From contig CAVDRA010000001.1 in assembly GCA_963611155.1 (NCBI GenBank), forward strand, positions 590 to 64,589: a stretch of DNA of 64,000 bases, in the 5' to 3' direction. The position numbers and the translations under genes were made by a program. Of this stretch, positions 1-10,288 are shown in pieces. The first letter of the stretch is position 1. Every line of letters starts with the position of its first letter. The notes beneath the pieces are model-generated. The model searched no databases and was not told the DNA's origin. It was given only the letters and a program-made list of their open reading frames with translations. The stretch is from a bacterium. GTDB taxonomy: Bacteria > Spirochaetota > Spirochaetia > Treponematales > Treponemataceae.

Positions 1-556
1 AAGTGTTTCGATTCGCAAAAATCTTGTCTGAGGCGCAGCCAATGTAATATCCGCCGCTCGCAGCAAGAGAGCCGAAATATGCGTAAACAGGACGTTTAGT
101 TGCCGCCTTGTATTTTTTTAGCGCAAGATAAGCCTCGTCTGATTCGTAAACAGTGCCTCCGGGAGAATCAATCACAAGCAGGATTCCGGCGTTTTTCGCA
201 TCGTTTTCAGCCTTTTTTATCTGGCGCAAAAGCCATTTTTGATTGTAAGTTCTGTTCTCCTCAGAAATCATTCCTGTGATGTAAATCGCTGAAATGTAAA
301 AGCCAGATTTTACTTTCACGTTTTTTTCATCAGAAGATGAATTTCCAAAAATGTAATCAATTATCTTCAATAACGAAACTGAACCGCTGTTTTCATAATC
401 AGATTCAAAATCGGCGTTATCAAAAAATTCTGTCTCGTTTATTTCCGCGGAAACATTCTTTCTGTTTTTAGTGTTCCCTGAAAAAAATCCAGCCGCCAAT
501 GAAATAGCCGCAAGAGCGACAATAACCGCAAAAACATACTTTCCATTCTTTTTCAT
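1..556 (-). CDS. sppA: Signal peptide peptidase SppA (S49 family), 5' part; runs off the window edge
   Basis: Not in the ORF track. Manual translation from ATG at 556: MKKNGKYVFAVIVALAAISLAAG...GILLVIDSPGGTVYESDEAY...PVYAYFGSLAASGGYYIGCASDKIFAN; DSPGG and AASGGYY are S49 motifs. Confidence 0.9.
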   Translation of the reverse strand, partial: MKKNGKYVFAVIVALAAISLAAGFFSGNTKNRKNVSAEINETEFFDNADFESDYENSGSVSLLKIIDYIFGNSSSDEKNVKVKSGFYISAIYITGMISEENRTYNQKWLLRQIKKAENDAKNAGILLVIDSPGGTVYESDEAYLALKKYKAATKRPVYAYFGSLAASGGYYIGCASDKIFANRNT

Positions 557-575
557 TCTTCTTACCCCGTTAAAA

Positions 576-1208
576 TCAGCAAAAATCCGCCGGCTTTAGT
601 TTTCTGCTTTCAAAGCTCATCAGTTTCAAATCAAAATAAGCATTTGCCATTGTTGTTGAAAAATAAGGGCAAAGCCAGATGAATCCGATTCCGCAGGTGG
701 CAATACAAAGCAGAAACCAGCCAAAAAAACTCATGGAAAGGCAAAAAAGCTCTGACTTGTGCCCGGCTGTAATTATCTTGCTTATATTCATCGCTTTTTT
801 AACGCCGATCTCAGGATTTTCCGCAATCACATAGAACATCATCGAGTAGCTTATAGCCTTTACAATTCCCGGAATCAGAAACAAAAGCGACCAGAGCCAA
901 GTCCAAAGAAAAAACCAAAGGGTTCCAAGCAGAGAAGAAAGCCAGATGTCAAATCCGTCTATAAAATCCGAAAAAGGAATTTTTTCATTAGAGCTTGTGG
1001 AAGCGATTTTCAGGTAAATATGAATTTGCGCCACACAGATAATTCCGAAAACGCAGACAGCAAGAATTTCTGCAAAAAAGCTAAGATTTGAAAGAATGTT
1101 AAGCCCCATGACAACAGCCCCGCCAATCAAGACAGCAAGGCAAGGCGTTTTCCACCGTTTTTTTAGCTGTAAAAGAGAATCAATTTTATATTTTTTCCCA
1201 TTGAACAT
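576..1208 (-). CDS. DUF975-family membrane protein
   Basis: LWSLLFLIPGIVKAISYSM...S...GHK.ELF.L.MSFFGW...GIGFIWL.PY pattern; several hydrophobic segments. Confidence 0.75.
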   Translation of the reverse strand: MFNGKKYKIDSLLQLKKRWKTPCLAVLIGGAVVMGLNILSNLSFFAEILAVCVFGIICVAQIHIYLKIASTSSNEKIPFSDFIDGFDIWLSSLLGTLWFFLWTWLWSLLFLIPGIVKAISYSMMFYVIAENPEIGVKKAMNISKIITAGHKSELFCLSMSFFGWFLLCIATCGIGFIWLCPYFSTTMANAYFDLKLMSFESRKLKPADFC

Positions 1209-1383
1209 TGCGACCTCCTATCGCATTCGTTTTTTTCCTCATAAAAAATCGCTTAAGACCGCAGTTTTTCTCGCGTTTCTTACGGCGCTAGCACTTTAGC
1301 GTTTTGACATTGAGATTTTGACAATCTTATCACATCTTCAATTATTCACAAAATCCGGCAAAGACACTAAACTTTATTTCATT

Positions 1384-2310
1384 ATGACAATCACACTTAA
1401 AAATTCAAACTATGAAGTAGTTTTAAACACTCACGGAGCCGAAATCAACGCGTTCCGCTCAGTAAAAGACGGCACAAAATACGTTTTTGAAGGACCTGAA
1501 TCGGTATGGAAATTTCACGCCCCGGTTCTTTTTCCTCACGTCGGAAGAATCAAGGACGGATTTTACACTTGCAACGGCAAGGAATATCATCTCGTAAACA
1601 ACGGAATGAGCCGCGATCTCGAGCATAAAATCATCGAGCAAACACAGACAAGCGCGACTTTCGAGCTCACAGAAAGCGGAGCCACGGCAGACAAATTTCC
1701 ATGGAAATTCAGCCTTAAAACACATTATGAGCTGAAGGACAACGGTCTTATCTTCACAACAACAGTAACAAACACAGACAGCACAACAATGAGCTTCTCG
1801 CTTGGAAGCCACACTGCGTTCTGCTGCCCGAGAAACACAGACCCGAAAGGCACAACGAATTCAGACTACCAGTATGAATTTGAGAAAAGAGAGCCTCTAA
1901 CACAAGTTCTCCTGAATGATGAGGCGCAGCTTGCGACAGATGAAGACGGCACAGCACCAACAACAAAGGCGTACGGCGAAAAAGAGGCCGGCATTGTTCC
2001 GATCAGCGAAAAAGGATTCGGCAACGGACATTTTTTCACAGCTTTCAAATCAAACTGGGTCGGACTCCGCAACAAGAAAGACGGTTCTCTAGTAAAAGTA
2101 AACTGCTTAGGCTATCCATATCTTATGGTATGGCAAGGCGGAAACGGCGGGAAAGGCGCAGAAGGGAACGGCTTCAACTGCATCGAGCCGTGGTACGGAA
2201 CTGCCGACGCTGAAAATACAAACCATGAATGGGAAGAAAAGGCCGCGCTTATCTCGCTTGAGAGCGGAAAATCATTCACAGCAGACCAGTCAATCACAAT
2301 AGAAAAATAA
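1384..2310 (+). CDS. Aldose 1-epimerase family protein (LacX-like)
   Basis: GAEI...W...APVLFPHVGRIKDG, FSLGSHTAF and CIEPWYG motifs; start placed at ATG 1384 (ORF track starts at TTG 1318). Confidence 0.85.
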   Translation: MTITLKNSNYEVVLNTHGAEINAFRSVKDGTKYVFEGPESVWKFHAPVLFPHVGRIKDGFYTCNGKEYHLVNNGMSRDLEHKIIEQTQTSATFELTESGATADKFPWKFSLKTHYELKDNGLIFTTTVTNTDSTTMSFSLGSHTAFCCPRNTDPKGTTNSDYQYEFEKREPLTQVLLNDEAQLATDEDGTAPTTKAYGEKEAGIVPISEKGFGNGHFFTAFKSNWVGLRNKKDGSLVKVNCLGYPYLMVWQGGNGGKGAEGNGFNCIEPWYGTADAENTNHEWEEKAALISLESGKSFTADQSITIEK

Positions 2311-2321
2311 AGAAACAAGCG

Positions 2322-2383
2322 AAAAAAAAAGCCCTGAAGTTCTGCAGCGCAATCAAAACGCGCAGATTTACAGGGCTTTTTTT
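2322..2383. terminator. Bidirectional intrinsic terminator between convergent genes
   Basis: A-run-GCCCTG...CAGGGC-T-run inverted repeat. Confidence 0.7.
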
Positions 2384-2460
2384 ATGCGCCAGAAGATTGC
2401 ATGCAACGTCTTAAAAAAACCGCCTTGCTTTTCATCAGGCAAGACAACAGAAAGTTTTGC

Positions 2461-4806
2461 CTACATCAAAAATTTCCGCTCAAACTCCTCAGCGGAAAGC
2501 GGCCGTGAAAAAAGATACCCTTGAAAGAACTTGCAGCCAAGCTCAAGCAAAAAATTCTTCTGCTCAAACGTCTCGATTCCGACTGTCGCCACTTCAATTT
2601 TCAAGTCTTTTACCATTTCGATGATTGAGCTTAGGATTATTCCAGCCCGGTCAGAAAAATCATTGTTAGAGAAAAAATCCGCAGAAATTTTGATTGCATC
2701 AATGCTGAAATCTTTAAGCATATTAAGCGAGGAATATCCCGATCCAAAATTGTCTATCGCAATCTTGAAGCCGGCATTTCTTATTTTTTCAAAATAATGT
2801 GAGCCGCCCTCATAGTCATCAATAAGAGAATCTTCTTTCATCTCAATTATAATTGAAGACGGCTCAATTCCGTATTTTTCAACCATTTTCTTCAGAAAAG
2901 CTATTGTGTCGAAATAATATTCATTCTTGCTGCACATATTGAACGCGATATTCTCGATTTTATATCCTTTTGATTTCCATTCCGATATTTTCGAAATCGA
3001 TTTCTCTCCAATGTGTTTATCAAGCTTGTAAACAAGGCCTGTTTTGTCGAGGACCTCAATAAATTCGGCTGGATGCATTATTCCGCGCTCTGGACTGTTC
3101 CAGCGCACAAGAGCTTCAGCGCATTTTACATCGCCTTTCTCATCAACAATCGGCTGCAAATACATTTCAAACTGTCCGCTTTCAAGCGCATTCTCAAAAT
3201 TGTTTATTATTTTCTTCTCTGCAAGAAGCCTGTCCATCAGATTTGAGCTGTAAAAAGCAAATGTTTTCTGATAGTCATTCTTGATTGAATCCATGGCAAG
3301 CTTCGCTTTGTCATACATAATCTGAACTTTTTCATTTATGTCCTGAATTTCATACACGCCGATCGAAATAAAAAGATTGTAAGCATTGGTGTCTGAAGAC
3401 TGAGACAATTTTTCGATTTCATGCATAAAAACGCTCTCGTCAAAATTCTCCTTTTCCATAAAAATCGCGAATTTATCGTCATTCAGACGGGCATTAATAT
3501 TTGTCGGATGCGCAAGTTTTTCCATTATGGACGCCTGACGCACAAGAATCTCGTCGCCTGCCTGCTCGCCGAAATTATCATTTATCAGCCTGAAATCTTT
3601 TATATTGGAGCAAATCATCAGAGGATTTCTGAAAACGCCCCTTTTTAGCTGAACTTCAATTCTTTCAAAAAATCCGTCGCGGTTATAAAGCCCCGTAAGC
3701 TCATCATGAGTGGCGACAAATCTTTCTTCTTGATACCGAAGTTTCTCATCAGTTTTATCGCTTAATTTTAAGTACGAGCCGACATTAAGACCGTCAATCA
3801 GAAGCTCCTGATACTCAATCTTGAAATAGCGCAGAGTCTTTTCGTCATCAAGACCAGTGTAAAGCTCGGAATAATTTCCAAAGGGAAGCCCTGGTTTTAT
3901 CTCAGATTTTAATCCAGATTTAACTCCGAATTTCACGGCGATCTCGTTTTCATGAGTTTCAAGATAATAATTCTTGAAATCAACAGGATTCGCGTTTATA
4001 AAGCCTGAATCGGAATCAAAAAGTCTTTTTGCGGCGGCATTCTGATAAATTACCTTGCCTCTAAAGTCAAAATGGATAATCGCATCAGAAACAGCCTCGG
4101 AAACTGTTCCCATCACGTTTCCGACAAGCAGGCTCGGAAATGTATAAATTGAGCACACGGCTATAAACGAAGCAAAAACTCCATAGAGAATAACAGAATA
4201 ATCAACTGTAAGATTTGCCGTATAGCTATGAAAATTTGCGAGAATCACCGCCATATAAGAAACGAGAAACAGAACATATTTCTTCTTGTAGAATTTCGGA
4301 GCAGAAACCGCATTTATGACAAGAGCCACAAATCCGCTCAAGACCATCACATAACAAAAAGCGAGATGAGCATAATGCAGCGGAGAAAAATCGATCCACC
4401 AGAAGCGGACTTCATGAACAGTCATTGAAGAAAGAATATCAAAACTATGCTTTGTGACCGTGTTCATCAGCATCGAAACAGAATCGATTAACGAAAGAGA
4501 AAAAAACACCTTGCATGCGTTTTTCCGCCACGAAGTAAAAGTTGTTCCGGCTGTAAACAAATTAAAAAGCGCAAAGGCAAGCCAGTCCGTGCAGACATAA
4601 TAAATCTCATTGAATACAACCGCCGGCAAGTAAGTTCCGCAAAGCAAAAATCCGCTGTAGCTTAAAACCGCAATAATCGCCACAACGACAGGAAAAATCA
4701 GAAGCTTCTTGTTTTCTACTTTTGACCTTAAAATCTGGGCAATAATAAAAATCATATAGAAGACTGTCATCAAAGAGACAAAAGAATAAACGTAGAACAA
4801 TTTCAT
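2461..4806 (-). CDS. 7TM (HisKA_7TM-like) - degenerate GGDEF - EAL protein
   Basis: N-terminal TM helices, HDELTGLYNR, AEALVRW, IAIDNFGSGYSSL, FQGYLFSRP; the GGDEF site reads RLNDDKF. Confidence 0.85.
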   Translation of the reverse strand: MKLFYVYSFVSLMTVFYMIFIIAQILRSKVENKKLLIFPVVVAIIAVLSYSGFLLCGTYLPAVVFNEIYYVCTDWLAFALFNLFTAGTTFTSWRKNACKVFFSLSLIDSVSMLMNTVTKHSFDILSSMTVHEVRFWWIDFSPLHYAHLAFCYVMVLSGFVALVINAVSAPKFYKKKYVLFLVSYMAVILANFHSYTANLTVDYSVILYGVFASFIAVCSIYTFPSLLVGNVMGTVSEAVSDAIIHFDFRGKVIYQNAAAKRLFDSDSGFINANPVDFKNYYLETHENEIAVKFGVKSGLKSEIKPGLPFGNYSELYTGLDDEKTLRYFKIEYQELLIDGLNVGSYLKLSDKTDEKLRYQEERFVATHDELTGLYNRDGFFERIEVQLKRGVFRNPLMICSNIKDFRLINDNFGEQAGDEILVRQASIMEKLAHPTNINARLNDDKFAIFMEKENFDESVFMHEIEKLSQSSDTNAYNLFISIGVYEIQDINEKVQIMYDKAKLAMDSIKNDYQKTFAFYSSNLMDRLLAEKKIINNFENALESGQFEMYLQPIVDEKGDVKCAEALVRWNSPERGIMHPAEFIEVLDKTGLVYKLDKHIGEKSISKISEWKSKGYKIENIAFNMCSKNEYYFDTIAFLKKMVEKYGIEPSSIIIEMKEDSLIDDYEGGSHYFEKIRNAGFKIAIDNFGSGYSSLNMLKDFSIDAIKISADFFSNNDFSDRAGIILSSIIEMVKDLKIEVATVGIETFEQKNFLLELGCKFFQGYLFSRPLSAEEFERKFLM

Positions 4807-7113
4807 CTATCTTTCCTCGTTTTCCCAAGTGATAAAATTCTTCTCGAAAGCAGACACAGTTACAGGCTTTGAATACAAATATCCCTGAAAATAATCGCAT
4901 CCGGCATTCTTTAAAAATTCCGCGGACTCTTCATCTTCAACGCCTTCTGAAATCACCGTCATATTAAGCTTTTTCGCCATCTTTATGATTTTGCTTAAAA
5001 TAAGCCTGCTTTTTTCAGAATTCTTCGGCTCGCGCAAAAAAAACATGTCAATTTTCAAAATATCTACGGTTATATTCCTGAGCATATTGAGCGACGAGTA
5101 TCCGGAACCAAAGTCATCCATCTCGATTAAAAATCCGTAGTTCTGCAATCTGCTCAAAACCTGCGTGTGAAGATTAATGTCGTGCATAAAGACAGTTTCT
5201 GTGATTTCAAGCTTTAGCTTTTCCGGCTCAATTCCGTACTTTTCAACAAGTCCCGTAAAGACTTTGTATAAATCAAGATGATAAAAATCCTTGACCGAAA
5301 TATTAACCGCAATATGCATTCCGACATTTCTCGCTTTCCATTCGGCAAGTTTTCTCGCGGCAGACTCCCAAATAAAACAGTCCAGCTTGTAAAGAAGACC
5401 GGCCTTTTCAAGCATAGGAACAAATGCGCCTGGTCCTAAAACGCCTTTTTCTGGATGAACCCAACGGACAAGGGCTTCTGCCCCCACAACTTTGCCGTTT
5501 TTGCTTGAGACCTGCGGCTGCAGATACATTTCAAACTGATTTTTGCTTAAGGCGTGCCCAAAGTTCGTTACAACATTTTTCTCCTCAACAAGATTCTCCA
5601 TCATGGATGTGCTGTAGAATGTAAGATTTTTTTCAAGCTCGTTGTTTTTCTGAATCGCAAGATTCGCCTTGTCAAACATGAAATTCGCTTTTTCGTAAGG
5701 ATCCGAAATTTCATAGACACCGGTCTTGAACTGAATTTTGTAGTTGTATCCGTCCAGAAAGCGAGTCAAATTCTCGATTGTAGCCGAAAACTCAGCCGGA
5801 TTAAAAAATTCTTTGCGCGTGAGCATTGCAAAACGGTCGCCAGAAATTCTTCCGATAACAGTATCTTCATGGCATTTTCCGCGGAGAACCTCAACTTCCT
5901 TTTTTAAAAGCGCATCGCCGTTTGAAATTCCGAACAAATCATTCACAAGCTTAAAATTCACAATGTCAGTACAGACAAGATAACGCGGAATATCGGGCTC
6001 TTTTTTCAGTATTCCTTCACATTCCAAAAAGAAATTCGAGCGGTTATAAACGCCTGTAAGCAAATCGTGCGTTGAACGGTATTTTTCACGGCTAACAAGA
6101 TTCAGCTCCTCTGTAATGTCCTCAATAAAAATAAAATACCCGACCACAAGCTGGTTTGAATCCCGCAAAATATAAAATTCCTCGGAAAAACAAGTTTTTT
6201 TTCCGTCCCTGAAAATTTCCCTGTCCCGAAAAACAAAATCTTTTTTTTCCTCAATGAATGTAGCGAGCTCTTTTTCAGCTTCAATATTCTTTTCAAAAAA
6301 AGCTCCCGAAGACTTGTTTGCGTAAATGCACTTTTTATTCACGTCAAAACATAAGACACCATTATTCATGCTCTCCGTAACAAGCCTGAGAATTTTTGAC
6401 TCAACTTTTCTCGGCTGCAAGTAAAAACTATAGTAAGTCGCAACAACAACGAAAGCCCCGTAAAGAAAAACCGAACTGTCAAAATTATCATTAATAGAAA
6501 GCCACACCGCATTCATCACAATGAGGACAAAGAAAATCAAAAACATTGAAAGATAGCTTGAGCGGTAAAATTTCTTTGTCAAAATGATTTTTCTCAAAAA
6601 AAGATAAAAAACAAGCGCGACAAGAAAATAACAGAATGTGAGATGAATAAAAAATCCGAGGTAATAACGATAATTCCAGCAGAAAAATTTTCCGTTCGGC
6701 GAAAAGGGAACCATCGAAAATGCGAATCCCGTAAACACATTCGTCAAAAGAGACAGAGTGTCAAAAATCAGCGCGGCTCCCCAAATATTTCTGAAAAAAA
6801 GCAGATTTTTTGATTTGAAGGAAACCTCTGTAAAAACAAAAATATAGTCAACAAAAAAAATTAAAAGCCAATGAACGCTCGCATAGTAAAGTCCGCTAAA
6901 AAACAGCGAGCCTTTGTTTCCAAAATCAAAAAGAGTTAAAAGCTGAAGAATAAAAACAACCGTTCCGGCGCAGTCAACATTGAAAAGCGCGTTTTTAAGC
7001 TCGGTATCTCGGCAGCGCAGAATAAAGCAGCAGAACACCATGGCGGCTATGATAAAGAATGAAGCAAAGAAAAATAACAGTCTCGTCATGGCTTTTCGGC
7101 GGAGCGCCTCCAC
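4807..7113 (-). CDS. 7TM - degenerate GGDEF - EAL c-di-GMP phosphodiesterase
   Basis: HDLLTGVYNR, GAEALVRW, LEITE, MDDFGSGYSSL, LKID, SEGVE, FQGY; the GGDEF site reads RISGDRF. Start may be ATG 7089. Confidence 0.88.
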   Translation of the reverse strand: MEALRRKAMTRLLFFFASFFIIAAMVFCCFILRCRDTELKNALFNVDCAGTVVFILQLLTLFDFGNKGSLFFSGLYYASVHWLLIFFVDYIFVFTEVSFKSKNLLFFRNIWGAALIFDTLSLLTNVFTGFAFSMVPFSPNGKFFCWNYRYYLGFFIHLTFCYFLVALVFYLFLRKIILTKKFYRSSYLSMFLIFFVLIVMNAVWLSINDNFDSSVFLYGAFVVVATYYSFYLQPRKVESKILRLVTESMNNGVLCFDVNKKCIYANKSSGAFFEKNIEAEKELATFIEEKKDFVFRDREIFRDGKKTCFSEEFYILRDSNQLVVGYFIFIEDITEELNLVSREKYRSTHDLLTGVYNRSNFFLECEGILKKEPDIPRYLVCTDIVNFKLVNDLFGISNGDALLKKEVEVLRGKCHEDTVIGRISGDRFAMLTRKEFFNPAEFSATIENLTRFLDGYNYKIQFKTGVYEISDPYEKANFMFDKANLAIQKNNELEKNLTFYSTSMMENLVEEKNVVTNFGHALSKNQFEMYLQPQVSSKNGKVVGAEALVRWVHPEKGVLGPGAFVPMLEKAGLLYKLDCFIWESAARKLAEWKARNVGMHIAVNISVKDFYHLDLYKVFTGLVEKYGIEPEKLKLEITETVFMHDINLHTQVLSRLQNYGFLIEMDDFGSGYSSLNMLRNITVDILKIDMFFLREPKNSEKSRLILSKIIKMAKKLNMTVISEGVEDEESAEFLKNAGCDYFQGYLYSKPVTVSAFEKNFITWENEER

Positions 7114-7165
7114 ACCAAATTATAAGTCAAAACTCAAAAAAAACTAAAAGAAAATTATTATTGTT

Positions 7166-8242
7166 TCAATAATTTACAGAAAAGATCTTGTCTTCAGGAC
7201 ACTTTTCAAAGTAAAGCCTGACCCGAGCGCGGGCATCATCATTGTCAGAAAGATTTATCATCTGGCTTTGAAAATAATGCCCGAAGCTGAAATTTAAACA
7301 ATAAAACGCAAAAAAACGCTGAAGCCTTGTTTTCCAAAATTCTTGAGGCTGACACTTTTCCACCTCGTCTATAAAATCCAGCGCAAGTTTCTCAGCATCA
7401 AATTTAAAACTTTTTCTGTTCTTAATGCATTCAGTTTTTTCAAGATTTTCGTTTTTTCCCGGCCGCTCTGATTTTTCCGTATTTTCAGCAATTTCAGAAG
7501 AATCTTTAAGCTCCTTAAAAATCCATGGTTTTTGAACAGCGGCAGTCGCAATCATGACTCCCGAGACTTTTGGAGCCGTTTTCAGCGCAAGAGACAAAGT
7601 TTCAAAATCCTTGACATCGCCATTTAAAACCACCGGAAATCCCGGAAATCTCTCACAAAGGCGGGCAACCGCATTCCAGTCAGAATGACGCGAATGTTTC
7701 TGCTTTTGAAAGCGGGCATGCAAAGTTATCGTCTCGACACCCTCGCCAATCAGCATTTCACAGAAGCTCAAAAAACGCTCTTCAGTGTAATTTTCATCTC
7801 CAAGGCGGAGCTTCACAGAAAGCCTCTTTGATTTTTCTCCGTCTTTTGCCGCATTTTCAATCGCAGATTTCACGGAACGAACCATAAATGAAGTTTCTTC
7901 AACCGGCTTGAGCATCCATGCTATTCCGGCTCCAGTCTTTGCAATCTGCGGAGCCGAGCAGCCCATGTTCAAGTCAATTCCCTTCCCGTTTCTTTCAGCA
8001 AGAATTCTAGCCGCGGCAGACATTTTTTCAGCGCTTTTATCGGTCAGCTGCCAGACAAGTTTTTCAGGCTCTGGCCCCTCGCGAAGATAATATTTCTCCC
8101 ACGGGCCGTTATTCAACAAAGAAGAAGCGTTTATCATTTCGTTGAAATACTCGTCACAGCCGCCAAATTTCCCGACAATATTCCTAAATGCCTCATGCGT
8201 TATAGCATCCATCGGCGCAAGAAGAAGATTAAGTTTTTCCAT
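7166..8242 (-). CDS. tRNA-dihydrouridine synthase family protein
   Basis: LAPM, IDLNMGCSAP, SVKLRLG, ITLHAR and NGDV motifs. Confidence 0.88.
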   Translation of the reverse strand: MEKLNLLLAPMDAITHEAFRNIVGKFGGCDEYFNEMINASSLLNNGPWEKYYLREGPEPEKLVWQLTDKSAEKMSAAARILAERNGKGIDLNMGCSAPQIAKTGAGIAWMLKPVEETSFMVRSVKSAIENAAKDGEKSKRLSVKLRLGDENYTEERFLSFCEMLIGEGVETITLHARFQKQKHSRHSDWNAVARLCERFPGFPVVLNGDVKDFETLSLALKTAPKVSGVMIATAAVQKPWIFKELKDSSEIAENTEKSERPGKNENLEKTECIKNRKSFKFDAEKLALDFIDEVEKCQPQEFWKTRLQRFFAFYCLNFSFGHYFQSQMINLSDNDDARARVRLYFEKCPEDKIFSVNY

Positions 8243-8276
8243 TCATGTTCGTCCGCAATTCGTGTCCAGCCTGCTT

Positions 8277-9107
8277 TTATCCGCGGGCAAGCCCCTCGAT
8301 CTGCGAAACTGCCGCATCAAGGAATTCAGAAGCCAGATTTTCAATATCTCCTTCATCAACAGCTTTTGAAATATCCTCTGCGATCGGAATTCTTGCAAGA
8401 ACAGGAATTCCATAATCCTTCGCAATTCCGTTGATATTGCTTTCACCGTAAATTTTTATTTCTTTTCCGCAGTCAGGACATTTTACATAGCTCATATTCT
8501 CAACAAGACCGAGTGTCGGAATTTTCATCATCTCAGCCATTTTCACAGCTTTCTCAACAATCACGCGCACAAGCTGCTGAGGAGACGAGACAACGATGAT
8601 TCCGTCAACAGGGAGACTTTGGAAAACTGTGAGCGGAACATCTCCGGTTCCAGGAGGCATATCGACAAACATATAATCAACGTCATCCCACGCAACATCA
8701 GTCCAGAACTGTTTTACAGCTCCGGCAATCACAGGTCCGCGCCACAAAACAGGATCTGTCTCGTGTTCAAGAAGAAAATTCATGCTCATAAGCTGAATCC
8801 CGGACTTTGTTTTTACCGGATAAATCGTTCCATTCTTATCTCCAAGAGCCTTTTCCTCGCCGACTCCAAAAGAAGTCGGAATTGAAGGGCCTGTAATATC
8901 AGCGTCAAGAACCGCAACATTATAGCCGTGTTTCTGCATTTTTGAGGCAAGGAGAGCCGTTACAAGAGACTTTCCAACGCCGCCTTTTCCCGAAACAATA
9001 CCAATTACTTTTTTTACACAGCTGCCTTTTCTAAGCTGCACTCGCAAATCTTTTGACTTGCAGCTTGAGCCGCATGTCGAGCAGTCGTGGGTACAATTTT
9101 CCGCCAT
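8277..9107 (-). CDS. Mrp/NBP35 (ApbC) Fe-S cluster carrier ATPase
   Basis: N-terminal Cys cluster, SGKGGVGKS, DADITGPS, WRGP, DMPPGTGD, ENMS..CPDC. Confidence 0.92.
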   Translation of the reverse strand: MAENCTHDCSTCGSSCKSKDLRVQLRKGSCVKKVIGIVSGKGGVGKSLVTALLASKMQKHGYNVAVLDADITGPSIPTSFGVGEEKALGDKNGTIYPVKTKSGIQLMSMNFLLEHETDPVLWRGPVIAGAVKQFWTDVAWDDVDYMFVDMPPGTGDVPLTVFQSLPVDGIIVVSSPQQLVRVIVEKAVKMAEMMKIPTLGLVENMSYVKCPDCGKEIKIYGESNINGIAKDYGIPVLARIPIAEDISKAVDEGDIENLASEFLDAAVSQIEGLARG

Positions 9108-9204
9108 ATTTCCACCTCAATTTAAAGATACTCAATTCGCCGCCATAAGTCAAAGATTATGAAGGAATCTCAAACACAAAGAATTTTGAGCCGAAACTAA
9201 AGGC

Positions 9205-10254
9205 ATGAAGCAAAAAACTTACAAGGCCGTCCTGATTGGAGCTGGAAGAATCGGATTCTCGCTCGGATTCGACAAGAAACGCGAGCAGCCGGCAAGCCAC
9301 ACGATGGCGCTCATGAAAAACAAGAAAATCAGCCTGGTTGCCGCTGCCGACAAAAACGGGAAAAATCTTAAAAGCTGGAAAGAGTATGCGCGAAAACATA
9401 AATCCGATGCGCTCACTTACCATTCAAGCGATGAGCTTTACAAAAACATTCATGAAATTGACATCATAACAGTCGCTGTGAACGAGGAAAGCCATCTTGA
9501 AGAATGCGTCAAAGCTATCGCTCAAAAGCCAAGACTTGTTATTCTTGAGAAACCTGTCGCGCTAAATACAGAAGAAGCAAAGCAAATCCTCATGGAATCT
9601 GAAAAACATAAAGTTCCTGTGATGGTAAACCACGAGCGCCGTTTTTCAAGGGATTATATTTTTACAAAAAAACTTCTTCCAGAAATCGGAGAAATTCAGA
9701 CTGTTTCCGCAGAACTCGACTCTGGTCTTAGAGTTTACGCGCCGGAATTTGAAAAAGACGGAAGCTATTCTTTGATTCATGACGGAACGCATCTTGTTGA
9801 CACAGTTAATTTTCTGCTTTCAGGCTTCCTTGAAAAAGAGAAACTTGAAAATCCGGATGTCAAAGGGATCTTCAAAGACGAAAAAAACATCGTGCGGAAT
9901 TTTTGCGCAATTTACAAAACAAAAAAGATTCCGGAAATTCAAATAAAGATGAGCGGAAGAAGCAAATTTTTTGAATTTAGAATTGAGATTTTAGGAACGC
10001 TCGGAAAAATTGTTGTTGGAAACGGAATTCACGAGTTTTATTTAAGAAAGGAATCAAAACTTTATTCAGGATTTTATTCTTTGACACGGCAAAAAGCTGA
10101 TTTTCCAAAAAAGACTGCGTATTTCAGCGGAATGATCAAAAACGCCGCAGATTTTCTAGACGGAAAATCCGCAATTCTTTCGCCGCTAGAAGACGCAGTT
10201 GAAGACTTGCGGATTCTTGAAGAAATAAAGGCCGCCTTAAAAAACAGCCTTTAA
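9205..10254 (+). CDS. Gfo/Idh/MocA family oxidoreductase
   Basis: IGAGRIG Rossmann motif, LEKPVA, VNHERRF, HDGTHLVD. Confidence 0.88.
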   Translation: MKQKTYKAVLIGAGRIGFSLGFDKKREQPASHTMALMKNKKISLVAAADKNGKNLKSWKEYARKHKSDALTYHSSDELYKNIHEIDIITVAVNEESHLEECVKAIAQKPRLVILEKPVALNTEEAKQILMESEKHKVPVMVNHERRFSRDYIFTKKLLPEIGEIQTVSAELDSGLRVYAPEFEKDGSYSLIHDGTHLVDTVNFLLSGFLEKEKLENPDVKGIFKDEKNIVRNFCAIYKTKKIPEIQIKMSGRSKFFEFRIEILGTLGKIVVGNGIHEFYLRKESKLYSGFYSLTRQKADFPKKTAYFSGMIKNAADFLDGKSAILSPLEDAVEDLRILEEIKAALKNSL

Positions 10255-10288
10255 AAATTAAAAAGTTCAGCTGCTGAAAAACAAAAAA

